From: Octopus sinensis
Taxonomy: Eukaryota
Assembly (NCBI RefSeq): GCF_006345805.1
Contig: NC_042998.1
Coordinates: forward strand, 145,452,001-145,516,000
Length of the DNA stretch: 64,000 bases
Direction of reading: 5' to 3'
Below are positions 27,882 to 42,240 of this stretch, piece after piece. The first letter of the stretch is position 1, and the number at the start of each line of letters is the position of its first letter. The position numbers were made by a program, and so were the translations under genes. Under the pieces are notes generated by a model. It did no database searches, was not told the DNA's origin, and was given only the letters and a program-made list of their open reading frames with translations.

Positions 27882-28302
27882 GTTATATACAAATAGTAAA
27901 AGAACGATAAACTCAAAGCTGCTGTATTTACCTCCTCCCGTAAATATCTATTATGTTCTATATACGGCAAGAATTCGACTTGTAGTTGGAGTTCAATGCC
28001 AATATTTCTAAATATATCATTCGATATACATTTATATTAGAGAAACATGGAGTGCTCTGTGATAATATAATAATATAAGGATATACATTAAACTAGGTAT
28101 GGAAATACAAGTACTATTATGAAAATGAATATTTTCAATTTGTTGTCCAGTACTTAAGAATTTCAGATAGCCGGATATCTGCTTGATTTATTTATATGTA
28201 TTTATTCATAATATCCTTTTATTGTTACTCTGTATATTAACACACACACATACACAACGTAGACGTATGTATGTGCAGGTTAGTGGATAGGTATATAAAT
28301 AA

Positions 28303-28370
<68 letters not shown>

Positions 28371-29200
28371 AACTCATTCCGATAATTAGAGTAAGATTAT
28401 GAGCCTAAAATGAGATAAAGAAATGATTAATACAAGCAGTTAGGCAAGTGAAAGGATGAGACTGTAAAAGTTTAGAAATGTTAAGCTAAAAACAACAATG
28501 AAAGAAGTGTATAATGATGATAAGTATGTCAATGCAAGACACAGAGGAGAGGCTAACGTTTCGGGTTAAATTGTTTATCAAAGAAAAGAAAAAGAATTGA
28601 GTGAAGAAGAAAATATACGATACCGAATTGAAACGTCTGTTTACATAAACGGGTTTAAGGTACACACACACCTGCATTCACACCGGCGCACTCTTGCACA
28701 CGCAAACACAGAGCACATAGACAAATGCTAAAAAATATTACTTTAAATGTTATTTAAAGTAGTAACATTTAAGAAAATCAACTGAGCCTTAATTTTCTGA
28801 TTCTGTATTCGTTTCCTTTTTTTCCTGCATCTGTTACTTTTACTATTGATCTTCTATATAAATGAAGCTGTATCTTTTAATTTGCTGTTTTTCTTTACAC
28901 GAACCGAGAAGATACCTTGCGGAACAGTCGTTATTTTAATGAGTTATATCTAATTATCACCCGAAGGGACATATCTGCACCGACGGATGCTCCTGAACCG
29001 GTAGCTACGTTTCCCACCCGTGAGGGATCAACGCTAGATGGGTAGAAACAATTGTAGTGATGAATAAATATCTCGTATCTTCCATCTTCCATCTCATTAA
29101 CCAAATGCATATATACGTATATATATATTATATATATTATTATATATATCTATATATATATATATATATATATATCTATATATAATATATATATATATAT

Positions 29201-29242
<42 letters not shown>

Positions 29243-29253
29243 TATATATTATA

Positions 29254-29291
<38 letters not shown>

Positions 29292-29296
29292 TATAT

Positions 29297-29333
<37 letters not shown>

Positions 29334-29353
29334 TATATATATACATATATATG

Positions 29354-29688
29354 AAGGCGCATGGCTCAGTGGTTAGAGCGTCGAGCTTACGATCGTGAGG
29401 TCGTGAGCTCGAATCCCGGACCGGGCTGGGTGTTGTGTTCTTGAGCAAGACACTTTATTTCACGTTGCTCCAGTTCACTCAGCTGTAGAAATGAGTTGCA
29501 ACGTCACTGGTGCCAAGCTGTATCGACCTTTGTCTTTCCGTTGGATAACACTGGTGGCGTGGAGAGGGGAGGCTGGTATGCATGGGCGACTGCTGGTCTT
29601 CCATAAACAACCGTGCCCGGACTTGTGTCTAGGAGGGTAACTTTCTAGGTGCAATCCCATGGTCATTCATGACCGAAGGGGTCTTTAC
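29354..29688 (+). mobile_element. Full-length tRNA-derived SINE (family C)
   Basis: A box TGGCTCAGTGG, B box GCTCGAATCC, CTTGAGCAAGACAC block; flanked by (TA)n; inverted homologue at 34722-35045. Confidence 0.9.
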
Positions 29689-29696
29689 GTTATATA

Positions 29697-29753
<57 letters not shown>

Positions 29754-29915
29754 GTGTGGTGTGTGTGGTTGTGTGCGTGTGTTGCGTGTGTGGTGTGTGT
29801 TTGTGTGCGTGTGTGTATTTATATGTACGTATATCTCTTTATTATACTAAACTTTTAATACTTTTTGATAGTTAATTTTTAAAAAAAAAAATAAGTAAAT
29901 AAATAAATAAAAAAA

Positions 29916-29959
<44 letters not shown>

Positions 29960-30274
29960 AATTTATAAGTTTAAATTATTAATTTAAATAATTTTTAAAA
30001 TCTTAACTTTAATTTAAATATTTTAATTTGTAATTTGTAATTTTATATTTTTTATATATTTATTAATTAATTTATTTCTATGTATTGGCTTATGGTTTTC
30101 ACTGTTTGATTTGCCTAATAGTGGTTTTATTTCTAATTTAATATATTATATATATACATATATATTTACACACACGCGCACATACATATGTGCACACATA
30201 TGTACATGTGTATATATGTATATATATATGTGTGTTTTTTGTGTATGTATATATATATATATGTTTATATGTAA

Positions 30275-30329
<55 letters not shown>

Positions 30330-30966
30330 TAGGTACATATGCATAAAATACCCGATCTAATAATATGCGTTACCTTTAAGATATGTGTCGTAAATCGCTC
30401 CGTAATACACCCAAATCAATTGCAGTATTACTAATATTTGTTTGTTATATAAGATGTTTTAAAACCAAACTCAAAGATGACTATCGCAGGATTTGAAATT
30501 AAAACATAGACAATGAAAACGAAACTCAAGTAATTAGTCTAGTACTCTACTCTTTCTGCCAACTTACCATTTTATTCTGAATTAAAATATTGCCTACTGC
30601 CATCCGTTCTCTCATGGCTAGCAAAAATTATAGAAGTGGTTCCGTTCTTAGATAAAAATTCTTTTGTAATGGATTCCATCAAAAAGCAAGGTTGACACCT
30701 GAGGGATTTCGATTCAGAACCATGAAGCATAAAATTAGTTACTGTAAACTTATCGATTCCAGCTTTCTATTATCTGTGACAACTCTGTCACTAACAGGAA
30801 ACAGCGAGATCATTGAAAAGTGTATTAGAAATCTGGAGAAAATATCAGATAAAATGTATTAAGAAATGCCTCAGAGACTCGTGGTTGCTGTTTAGAATTC
30901 ATCCTCAAAACTAACAATCTCCAGCATACCATAATAACAATTATGAAAGTACTACTACCAGTAGTC

Positions 30967-31031
<65 letters not shown>

Positions 31032-31139
31032 CATAACTACGCCATCACCAATAAGAAATAGTAATAATAATATCAGCAATAACATTAATAGTAGCTCCAC
31101 CAAAATACATTTAACAAGAACGTCAATAACAATCATAAA

Positions 31140-31348
31140 CCTTTCTGCTCAAGGCACAAAACCTAAAATATTGGAGGACGGGATTAGTCGATTACATCGA
31201 CCCCAGTGTTTCACTGGTACTTAACTTGTCGACCCTGAAAGGATGAAAGGCAAAGTCGAGCGGAATTTGAACTCAGAACGTAATAACGGGCGAAATGCCG
31301 CTAAGCATTTTGCCCGGCGTACTATTGATTCTGCCAGCTCACCGCCTC
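31140..31348 (-). mobile_element. Family A SINE
   Basis: Complete head AGCTCACCGCC and core. Confidence 0.85.
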
Positions 31349-31508
31349 GACAATCGTGATAATAATATAAGTAGAAAAAACTAGTAATGAATAACAACAT
31401 CAATGATAAAAATAACAATAGTAATCACAAATAACAAAAATAACAATAACAGGAATAACAATCACAACAATAGAAGCAACATCAGCTGTAGCAGCAGTAG
31501 TAGTACCG

Positions 31509-31569
<61 letters not shown>

Positions 31570-32044
31570 CAGCAGCAGTAGTAGTAGTAGTAGTAGACTA
31601 GAAAGGATTGGGGACAGGAAATAAAAAAAATACATTTCATCAATTTGGATATTTTTGACGTTGGTTGGTTTGGGGTGGGATTGATCTGTTGATCAATAAC
31701 TTAATTGACGGTCAATGTTGGTTTGTTTTATTTTGCTTATTTTTTTTCTATTCCACTGTCAACTTCATGTGGAAACGAGACGTGGGGGAATTCATAAAAA
31801 ACGTAGAAAATGTGTGGAATAAACGGTATAGACGGGTGTTTTAACTAACGGGATATATAGTGTCTATGTATGTCTATGCATGTGTGTGTGTGTGTGTGTG
31901 TGTATGTGTGTGTGCGTGTGTGGATGGGTGTGTGTGCATACGTGAGAATGTATACATATATTAATATGTGTGTGCGTGAGTATGTATATATTTATATCTA
32001 TGAATGCATGTATGTATCTGTATGTATATATCTGTATGTAATAT

Positions 32045-32110
<66 letters not shown>

Positions 32111-32115
<5 letters not shown>

Positions 32116-32266
32116 ATATAGATATAGATAGATAGATAGGTGGATATAGATATAGATAGATAGATAGATAGATAGATTGACTGACTGATTGATAGACAGC
32201 ATATGTATTTTAAGTCAAATTATTAGTATTGCTATGCCTAAGCGAAATATGAAAATGTATATATGT

Positions 32267-32335
<69 letters not shown>

Positions 32336-32359
32336 CCATGTATGTATGCATTTATATAT

Positions 32360-32401
<42 letters not shown>

Positions 32402-33006
32402 AGGTGCGGTAAATATATCGTCGTCTAAATTATGCAAAAATGAAAATAACACTGACATCTCATTCTAACAGATATATGTATACCTAATTCGACTAAGCAA
32501 CATGCTATGCCTCCGTTTGGAGTACTTCAGGCTCTAACCTCGCATGGAAAATTAGGAGTGTGGGTTATGTGATTTTTGAACGCACCGAAAAGCTGTCTTT
32601 TGCAGCAGTCAGCGCTGTGTCTAACATGATCCATCATTTGAAATTTTGACACCTCCTTCGGGTTTGTTGTCCTACATCATTCATAAAATTAATTTAGAGA
32701 GACAGTGGTTGTTCATTTGTGGGTAACAGGGAACCAATAAGGTGATAGACTTGTTTCTGGAGAGATTACATCTTTTCTTTGGTGGCATATTTTTTTCAAT
32801 ATTTGAAACAAAAAATTATGAACATAGAAATAAATATGCATTAATCCCTATTTTTGTAAGCAGTTGTATGTATGTAGTATGTTTATATATTTTTGTATGC
32901 AATATAAATTAACCAAATAGAAGAACTGCTAATGTATGAACTGCTAATTTAACGGTAAATGCCACAATAATTATTATAGATAAATTTCTTAATATATATA
33001 TATTAT

Positions 33007-33052
<46 letters not shown>

Positions 33053-33213
33053 ATATATATATCGATATATAGATATAGATAGATAGATAGGTGGATATAG
33101 ATATAGATAGATAGATAGATAGATTGACTGACTGATTGATAGACAGCATATGTATTTTAAGTCAAATTATTAGTATTGCTATGCCTAAGCGAAATATGAA
33201 AATGTATATATGT

Positions 33214-33248
<35 letters not shown>

Positions 33249-33313
33249 ATATATATATATATGTATATATATATCCATGTATGTATGCATTTATATATAT
33301 ATATATAATATAT

Positions 33314-33344
<31 letters not shown>

Positions 33345-33937
33345 GCAAGGTGCGGTAAATATATCGTCGTCTAAATTATGCAAAAATGAAAATAACACTG
33401 ACATCTCATTCTAACAGATATATGTATACCTAATTCGACTAAGCAACATGCTATGCCTCCGTTTGGAGTACTTCAGGCTCTAACCTCGCATGGAAAATTA
33501 GGAGTGTGGGTTATGTGATTTTTGAACGCACCGAAAAGCTGTCTTTTGCAGCAGTCAGCGCTGTGTCTAACATGATCCATCATTTGAAATTTTGACACCT
33601 CCTTCGGGTTTGTTGTCCTACATCATTCATAAAATTAATTTAGAGAGACAGTGGTTGTTCATTTGTGGGTAACAGGGAACCAATAAGGTGATAGACTTGT
33701 TTCTGGAGAGATTACATCTTTTCTTTGGTGGCATATTTTTTTCAATATTTGAAACAAAAAATTATGAACATAGAAATAAATTATGCATTAATCCCTATTT
33801 TTGTAAGCAGTTGTATGTATGTAGTATGTTTATATATTTTTGTATGCAATATAAATTAACCAAATAGAAGAACTGCTAATGTATGAACTGCTAATTTAAC
33901 GGTAAATGCCACAATAATTATTATAGATAAATTTCTT
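32111..33937 (+). repeat. Tandem duplication, about 950-bp unit x2, near-identical
   Basis: TCGATATATAGATATAG at 32111 and 33062; AATTTCTT ends at 32990 and 33937; differences mainly in microsatellite length. Confidence 0.95.
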
Positions 33938-34721
33938 AATATATATATATTAAGCACATGTATTAAATGTTAATTTAAGGGTAAATATGTAACTGCAAAT
34001 ACCTTGCAGCTGCTGCGACCATTATCTACTGGTAATTGAACGGTAAATGTATATTTTTATATACGTTGGACCTACCACCTCATTGTTTTTTGTCAAGAGT
34101 TTCACCTCCAGCAGTTCGTTATGTCAGTCAATACATACACTAACACCATTCCGCTGTTGTGGCTCATTTTGTGTTTTTCCCGCTAATTCCTCAAAATTTT
34201 ATTTGAAGAGAGCAGAAATTGAAAGAATAGAAAGCGAAAAGGACAGAGAGAAAGTGAAAGATGTATGTACGTGTATATGAAATGGACGTGTATGTGTGTG
34301 TGTGTTTGTGCTTGTGTGAGAGAGAGAGAGAAAGAGAGAGAAAGAGATATAGTGACAGAGTGAAGGTCTGTGTCGTGATGATTGATGTCTTTTAAAGTAC
34401 ACACACATATAGGAAATGTGACGTCATTGTATAAAATGTTTACGATAGTTGATTTATGGAAAATATTATAGTGTTAAATTTTTGAAATGCAAATATGTAA
34501 ATGGAAATTAAGTTTAATCTGTAGCCGAAATAGTACTGAATCTTTTGATACCCCATACGTCAAAATCGTAACTCGGTTTTGGAATGTACAAGGAATATAT
34601 ATATATAAACAGGATTCGAATAATCCTATCAGGTGGTGCTATTAAGTTAGACATGGCCTGGACCAATCTTTGGTCGAAACATATCTAAGTTTTTATCTAA
34701 GTTTTATATATATATATGTTG

Positions 34722-35045
34722 TGACCCCCTTCGGTCAGACACTGACCATGGGTTTGCACCTAGAGAGTTACCCTCTGAGGCACAAGTCTGGGCAAGGTTG
34801 ATTTATGGAAGACCAGCAGTCGCCCATGCATACCGGCCTCCCCTCTCCACGTCACCGATGTTGTCCAAGGGAAAGGCAAGGGCCGATACAGCTTGGCACC
34901 TGTGACGTCGCAACTCATTTCTACAGCTGAGTGAACTGGAGCAACGTGAAATAAAGTGTCTTGCTCAAGAACACAACACGCAGCCCGGTCCGGGATTCGA
35001 GCTCACAACCTCACGATCGTAAGCTCGATGCTCTAACCACTGAGC
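34722..35045 (-). mobile_element. Family C SINE
   Basis: Reverse complement of 29354-29688. Confidence 0.9.
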
Positions 35046-35055
35046 AAATATATAT

Positions 35056-35310
35056 AGGACAGACTTCTTTCAAACTTTCGAACTGAAAGTAATATCTTAC
35101 ATTACAATAAAGACGTAATACTGAAATAGTGTAAGAGATAAGAGATTGCTCTAGGGTCGCGTTAGGCAAGAAGTTGAAAATGCTTTTGGCATATGACACT
35201 GCATGGACCCTAAGTAAGGCATATGTAAAATTTGAATGAAATCGGTTGTGTAGTTCTCGAGTTTTAGGGATTCACACAGACAGATAGACACACATTCCCA
35301 TTTTTATATG
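35056..35310. mobile_element. Helitron-like non-autonomous element end (Lep1/HINE-type)
   Basis: AAAATTTGAATGAAATCGGTTGTGTAGTTCTCGAG..(ACAG)n..CATTTTTAT resembles, from recall, a Lep1/HINE-type terminus. Confidence 0.45.
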
Positions 35311-35744
35311 TACACGTTGTATCGTCCGACATGTTTGTTAATATTCGCGATTGCCCGTTTTCTGTGTTTTACATTTTAGTATAAAATATTTGAAAATAGA
35401 TGAATCTTCTTAATTTTATGCATACTTCATTTATTTTGAATATATTTCCCATTTTCATAATTATTTTTTAGAAATTAGGCGTCATTTTCTTGGAGAGGTG
35501 CGCTTCATTATTTTTCACGCGATTTAAAAAGAAATTCGTGTTAGAGTGTTCAATCTTTAAATCATTTTATATTTCGAGTTCCTGATTTTTGGTATTTTGA
35601 TTCTCAATTTTTTGATATTCAGCCATCGTACGCTTGGTAATATCGGCTGAAATTGATCTACAATACTGTATAACATAAATATTAGGAAACCCACTCTTTT
35701 GATAAACATACAAGTGCTTGTTTATTCCGCCTTAAGCATTCTTC

Positions 35745-35810
35745 GACGATTACACACACACACACACACACTCACACACACACACAGACACACACACACG
35801 CACATACGTT

Positions 35811-35848
<38 letters not shown>

Positions 35849-36391
35849 CGTACGGTCGCCGTGGCACGTAAAATACTCCAATGCGACCGTACGACAGGCA
35901 CCCATGCCAACCCCCTTTGCTTGTGAAGACATGTTGGGGCAATCGAAATCGAATTGAACCAGCCAGGATCCCTGGTCTGGTGTACGTAAAAAGCACTATC
36001 CGACTCGTGGCCGATGCCAGCACCGCCTCGACTGGCTTCCGTGCCGGTAGCACATAAAATACACCAATCTGACCGTGGCCGTTGCCAGCCCCGCCTGGCA
36101 CCTGTGCAGGTGGCACGTAAAAAGCACCCACTACACTCACGGAGTGGTTGGCGTTAGGAAGGGCATCCAGCTGTAGAAACATTGCCAGATTAGACTGGAG
36201 CCTGGTGCAGCCTTCTGGCTTCCCAGAACCCCGGTCGAACCGTCCAACCCATGCTAGCATGGAGAACGGACGTTAAACGATGATGATGATGATGATGATG
36301 ATGATATATATATATATATATATATATACATACATACACACACACACAACACACTCACACACACACACAGACACACACACACGCACATACG

Positions 36392-36433
<42 letters not shown>

Positions 36434-36920
36434 CGTACGGTCGCCGTGGCACGTAAAATACTCCAATGCGACCGTACGACAGGCACCCATGCCAACCCCC
36501 TTTGCTTGTGAAGACATGTTGGGGCAATCGAAATCGAATTGAACCAGCCAGGATCCCTGGTCTGGTGGTACGTAAAAAGCACTATCCGACTCGTGGCCGA
36601 TGCCAGCACCGCCTCGACTGGCTTCCGTGCCGGTAGCACATAAAATACACCAATCTGACCGTGGCCGTTGCCAGCCCCGCCTGGCACCTGTGCAGGTGGC
36701 ACGTAAAAAGCACCCACTACACTCACGGAGTGGTTGGCGTTAGGAAGGGCATCCAGCTGTAGAAACATTGCCAGATTAGACTGGAGCCTGGTGCAGCCTT
36801 CTGGCTTCCCAGAACCCCGGTCGAACCGTCCAACCCATGCTAGCATGGAGAACGGACGTTAAACGATGATGATGATGATGATGATGATGATATATATATA
36901 TATATATATATACATACATA
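35745..36920 (+). mobile_element. Two tandem copies (about 585-bp period) of a (GAT)n-tailed retroposon with an RTE-related block
   Basis: GTTGGCGTTAGGAAGGGCATCCAGCTGTAGAAAC...GGACGTTAAAC(GAT)n; cores at 35850-36290 and 36435-36880 differ by one 1-bp indel seen. Confidence 0.85.
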
Positions 36921-37496
36921 CACACACACACAAACGCATGCATACACACACACAAACATTTACGCACGCACGCACAACAATACCTCTTGTAGTGGAATAA
37001 ATATGTTTCACTTTTATATTTCGCTATCAGAATTTCGATATCTGAGGCTGGGAAAACTCCACCAGCTTTCTATGCAGATAAGTTATTTTAATTCTTTAAT
37101 AAAATATACAAGCATTTAAAATACGCCTATATATATGCATTTGTGTGTGTATGCGCGTGCGTGTGTGTGTGTATGCGCATGCGTGTGTGTGCATGTGTGT
37201 GAAAAAAATTTCTTTGAACGAAATTCTATGTAAATCAATCTGAATATATATACTCATTATCAAGATAAGAATTCTTTGAGTTATACGTAATTCAATAACA
37301 AAATACATACACACTTTATATACACTTTTCAAAATATATACACACTTTATCATGACAAAAATCCTTTGAATAAAATTATGTCTAAATGAATAGCAAAAAT
37401 ATATACTTTCTTCAGTTCACACAGCGAATTAGAATACGAAGACTAATGAATAGATATGTTTCTTCTGTTCCTCTGATACACACACACACACACACA

Positions 37497-37534
<38 letters not shown>

Positions 37535-37554
37535 TACATACATACATACATAGC

Positions 37555-38650
37555 CTACACTGACCTCTACAAGAACTCAAGATAGATGCAAGTTGCTAAG
37601 TGTCACAGGAAACTTCAACATCAATGGAGATGTAGATAGGCTATCCCTCCCACTCAAGGATAGTGGTCGTAGTCTCAAATCTATATTGATGTCATATGAA
37701 GCACGGATTGTGACAATGAAACAACAACTGCAGCAGAGGGAAAAGATCAGTAACTATCTTGCCCAAGTTTGTGACCACGAAACCAACAATATAATTAGGA
37801 TAACTAATGAACTCGAAGTAGAGAATAAAATAAGAGTTGACATAGATCTCTCCCCAAGGAGCATTGCTAAAGTCTATTTATCAACAAAGAAAAAATACCA
37901 GTTCACTAAGAAGATAATATATGAGTACTTGGCACGTTGAATACAAGCCATAGAAGGGATTGATCAGTCAGCAGCTTGGCATGAAGTACCGACAACTTTA
38001 GGACATCCCACCTTGAAGGCTACATTCATACATTTCAAGAATAATAGATACCTACCGTATAACTACAGCATTACAGGCAGAAAACATTGAGAGACAACAT
38101 ATGTAGGCTGTGTAAGACCAAGACTGAAGACATCAACCACATTATTGCTAACTGTGAGAGAATTTCTTCCAGATATTATCTTGTAATGATGTATAATGAG
38201 GTGGTCAGAACGGTCTAGAACAGGATAACAAAAAAGAAAACACCTACAAATGAAGTTGACCTTATTGAGACCGATGGATCAAAGGAATATTGATAAAACT
38301 TAAAAATTAAAACAGCGTAAGTTAAAACACAACTGGCTAGATATCATCGTGTGAGACCACAAAATATGATATGTTCTGTTGGGGAAAACAGCTGCTCTTT
38401 TGACACGAATGTGGTTAGAAAATTTCAAGAGAAAGAGGTCATCTATGGACCATTGATAATGAGTTCGCAAATCCAGTATCCAAGATACACTTTCAGCTTC
38501 ATACCTATTATTATTGGAGCAACAGTATAGATGCCAACCCGTCTGGAACAAAGTATGGCTGAATTTGGAGTCTTGTGGTGAGAATGCAAATCTTAATTCA
38601 AATACTACATATGATTACAATATATGGGACTATACAAATCTGCAGAACCG
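37555..38650 (+). mobile_element. Decayed R4/Dong LINE 3' portion
   Basis: DVDRLSLPLKDSGRSLKS; CRLCKTKTEDINHIIANC knuckle; RLE remnants; 5' flank is (TACA)n. Confidence 0.8.
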
Positions 38651-38811
38651 ACTTAAGATTTAAAGGATAATGGTTAAAATAGGATACTTTCCTTTACAAC
38701 CTTGCTACCAAGTAGGTGGCCGTTCAAAATTTACTTTAAAATTATAAAGAGAAAGAAAATATGCATACAAAAATCAAGGGTGAACTGCTTTTCCTTCTTC
38801 ATTTGAACCTA

Positions 38812-40075
38812 TTAGGTCATCAAGTATGAAATTTGTAGTAAGGCATATGGTAAACTTTGACAGCTGCTCGTTTTGCGCCATTATTATATTTTGACAATAT
38901 TTTTTGTTAGAAAGCTGACACATCTATTTCTTTATTCTAACTAATTTTGCTCTTTATAAAGTATTTATAAATCGTTTTTTGCTATTTTGGTTTAGAAATG
39001 GATAAGTCGGAAATTCGTAGTTTTGAAAAATGAGTTCTTTCTTAGAAATACAGCATCACAGACAGCTCGGAATATTAATGAAGTATTTTATTCTAATGTT
39101 ATTACACAGCAGACAGTATCAAATTGGTTTCCAAAATTTCGTTCTGGTAACTTTGACCTCACAAATAACCAACGCGGTCGACCAGAAACAAAGATGGATA
39201 ATGATGAACTGAAAGCCACCGTAGAGTCAGATCCACCTCAAAGTGCTCATGAATTATCGTTGTTGTTTGGTGTTAGCAAACAAACAATATCGACTCACCT
39301 GGTTCAAATCGATAAAGTTAAAAAGTTGGATAAGTGGGTTCCACATGAACTCAATGAAAATCAGAAACAGCAACATTTGGAAGTTGCATTATGCTACTTT
39401 CTCGTCACAAAACTGAACCATTTTTGAATCGAATTGTAACATGTGATTAGAAATGGATCCAATACAACAACAGTAAATGTTCAGCACAATGGTTGGATAA
39501 AGACGAGCCACCAGATCACAGTCCAAAAAGCATAAATTCACCAAAAGAAGCTGATGGTGTGTGTTTGGTGGTCTGGGGCAGGTGTGATCCATTATGATTT
39601 CATTAAACTTGGCTCATCAATCACAGCCGAAGTATACTGCAGCCAACTGGACCAAATGATGCAGAAACTTACAAAAAAAAGCCTAGATTAGTCAACAGAT
39701 CCACTCCTATTTTATTGAAGACAACACAAAAATGAAACTGGCGAAACTGCAGGGGTTGGAGTTGGAGGTTCTCCATCATCCACCATACTCACCTGATCTT
39801 GCACTCATTGACTACCACTTCTTCCAGAATTTGGATGACTTTTTGATTGGGAAAGAATTTAATTCCAGCAATGCTGTAAAACAGGCCTTCCAAGATTTTA
39901 TTGACTCTAGATTACCAAGCTTTTACAGTTCCGGGATGGACAAGCTAGCGCTGAAATAGCAAAAGTCTATTGACAATATGAGTGCATACTTTGATGAATA
40001 AAACTATTCCTTGTATTTATAAAACATTAGCAAACTTTTTTTTCTTTTCTACAAATTTCATACTTGACGACCTAA
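38812..40075 (+). mobile_element. Full-length (1264 bp) mariner element with TA TSD
   Basis: 27-bp TIR TTAGGTCATCAAGTATGAAATTTGTAG and its reverse complement at the right end with 1 mismatch; TA at 38810-38811 and 40076-40077. Confidence 0.95.
38998..40001 (+). pseudogene. Mariner (DD34D-type) transposase pseudogene
   Basis: ATG at 38998; WVPHEL and HPPYSPDL motifs; several frameshifts and premature stops; TAA at 39999-40001. Confidence 0.92.
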
Positions 40076-40230
40076 TACAATGCTTCCTTAGTTAGATTGG
40101 GGTACAGTTTCTTTTCCCGAAACTTAATTTCTTTATATAAAAACCAATATAAATATTGGTTGGTTGGTTGGTTGGTTGGTTCGATCGTTGGTTGATTACT
40201 TCATCCACACTTTCCTTCTTATAGAGAGAA

Positions 40231-40272
<42 letters not shown>

Positions 40273-40444
40273 AAAAAGAGTCAGAAATGGTGTTAACATA
40301 GGTGTAGGATGAGTGCATATACGAGGTGTGGCTGATAATGATAGATTATACAGATTTTTTAAGTGAAATTTTGCAAAGATAGGTTTTCCATGGAGTAGAT
40401 TGCAAGAATGTGGATAAAAATTTAGAAGAATAATTCATTTTAAT

Positions 40445-41107
40445 TCTGGTACAAGACCACCAGTTCTGAGGGGAGACTGGAAGTCAATCATATCGATCTC
40501 AGAATTTGACTGGTACTTATTTTATCAACTCCTAAAGGAAGAATCCAACTCAGCGGTATTTGAACGCAGACCGTAAAGAGCCGAGAAAAATGACGTTAAG
40601 CATTTTCTCTGAGGCGTTTATGATTCTTCTACCTCGATGCTGTGTGGACTGGGTTCCCGTTGAGAGGCAAGGTGTTAAATGCTTATGATATGCAAATTAG
40701 TTGCATCAATTCTCTGAAGCTAGTAGATTTCGATGCATATGTAAATTTGATGCGCATATAAAAACTTGATAAGCTACTTGTTTGTCTGGGATTGTCCGAA
40801 TGATGTTGACATCTCTGATGAAACTCCCAAAAGAGTCGATTAAGGCTGTTCATTTTTTTCCCAATCTGCGGAAAAATAGGAAAATTGTATGTCTGCGACC
40901 GAAATTTATATATAAATAAGGGTTTCAAATTTTGGAACAAGGCCTGCAGTTTTGGTACAAATTCAGTGGTATTTTATCTTTTAGACCCTCGAAAGGTTGA
41001 AAAGCGAAGTTGAGCTCGGCGGTATTTAAACTCAGAACATAAACAACAACAAAAAATACTGCTATTTTTGTCCAATGCGTTAATAATTCTGCCAACTCAC
41101 TGCCTTA
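40445..41107 (-). mobile_element. Two degenerate family A SINEs (about 40445-40640 and 40925-41107)
   Basis: GGTACTTATTTTATCAAC...GGTATTTGAACGCAGA; GTTGAGCTCGGCGGTATTTAAACTCAGAAC. Confidence 0.75.
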
Positions 41108-41451
41108 ATTATATAAATAATTGAAATGCAATTTTAATTAAATCGTTCGAGAAAAAATTTAGTACTTTAAAGTTACCCACACAAGAGAGACTCTAGCTGA
41201 CTCGTACTGATAAAGGAACCACTAAACTAATGTTGACATTGATTAATGACATCAAGGATGAATATTTACAGTAATGTACGAAATAAAATGCCTGTTTATT
41301 CGACGAGTTCTCCATTTCTGTTAAATAGTAGTTTGAAGATATTAAAATAAACAACGAGAAAAAATTATTTCAAAAAACTACTATCAGGGATCTGGAAAAC
41401 GGAGAAAAAGTACCTTTAGTCGATAGAACACTTTTAGTTATGTGGTGTCAC

Positions 41452-41504
<53 letters not shown>

Positions 41505-41599
41505 GTTTCAAGTTTTGACCCAAGGAGGTTGTTAGTTAATTTTCAATCAAAATCTATAACATCATTGATGCATCTGTGTAGGAGGATCTGGTTTAAATC

Positions 41600-41983
41600 T
41601 GCTTAGATTATAAGAAAGCATTAGTCTTCTTGGCTTTGATAGTCAGAATTTATCCTTTATGCCTCATGTCCGAGTGGTAGCGAAGGTCCTCATTCAGGGC
41701 CAGCTTCATGGTGGCGACTCCAACACCCATCTCTCTCGCCAAATCCTGAGTCTCCTTGCTCGGCTCTTCCAGCATCTTGTCCTACAGTTGTTGTATGAAT
41801 TCCGGTGAGCGGACGTATCAGAACACCTGCCGTATCCCTAATAATCTGATGGCTTCCAACCCTCCATGTCAGCTTTTTTTCATCTACAACTTTAATCTTT
41901 ATGCTTTCCAACGCCGTTGACCAATACATCAAACCGTTCCTGTAGAAAGGAAACAAAAAACCGTCAAATTTAGTCGAACTCTG
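41600..41983 (-). mobile_element. 5' end of a maT-type (DD37D) DNA transposon with transposase HTH remnant
   Basis: Minus strand starts TA|CAGAGTTCGACTAAATTTGACGG; encodes RSPEFIQQL..LAREMGVGVATMKLALNEDLRY. Confidence 0.7.
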
Positions 41984-42240
41984 TAAATACAAATAGTTAT
42001 TATATCGTCTCTAATAGCGTAAAATATCGCATGAATAAAAGTCCTTACATGATAGTAGTACGATGTATAACTTCCCAGTTTGATAAATCTTACATCTCTA
42101 TCAAACGAACCTGATTATTTGATGAAGAATTTTATTGGTACCTTGGGAGGGATAAAAACATCATACGAAAGAACTTGAGTCAAGGAACTCGTGACCTCAT
42201 TCACACACAAAGTCATTTATGTACTTCATATTTCTACACT

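Noticed and set aside
29354-29425. tRNA-like heads (also 60620-60692, 63095-63145 and family A/B heads) as tRNA genes
   Set aside because: There is no proper acceptor stem or cloverleaf, and each continues into a SINE body present in multiple copies
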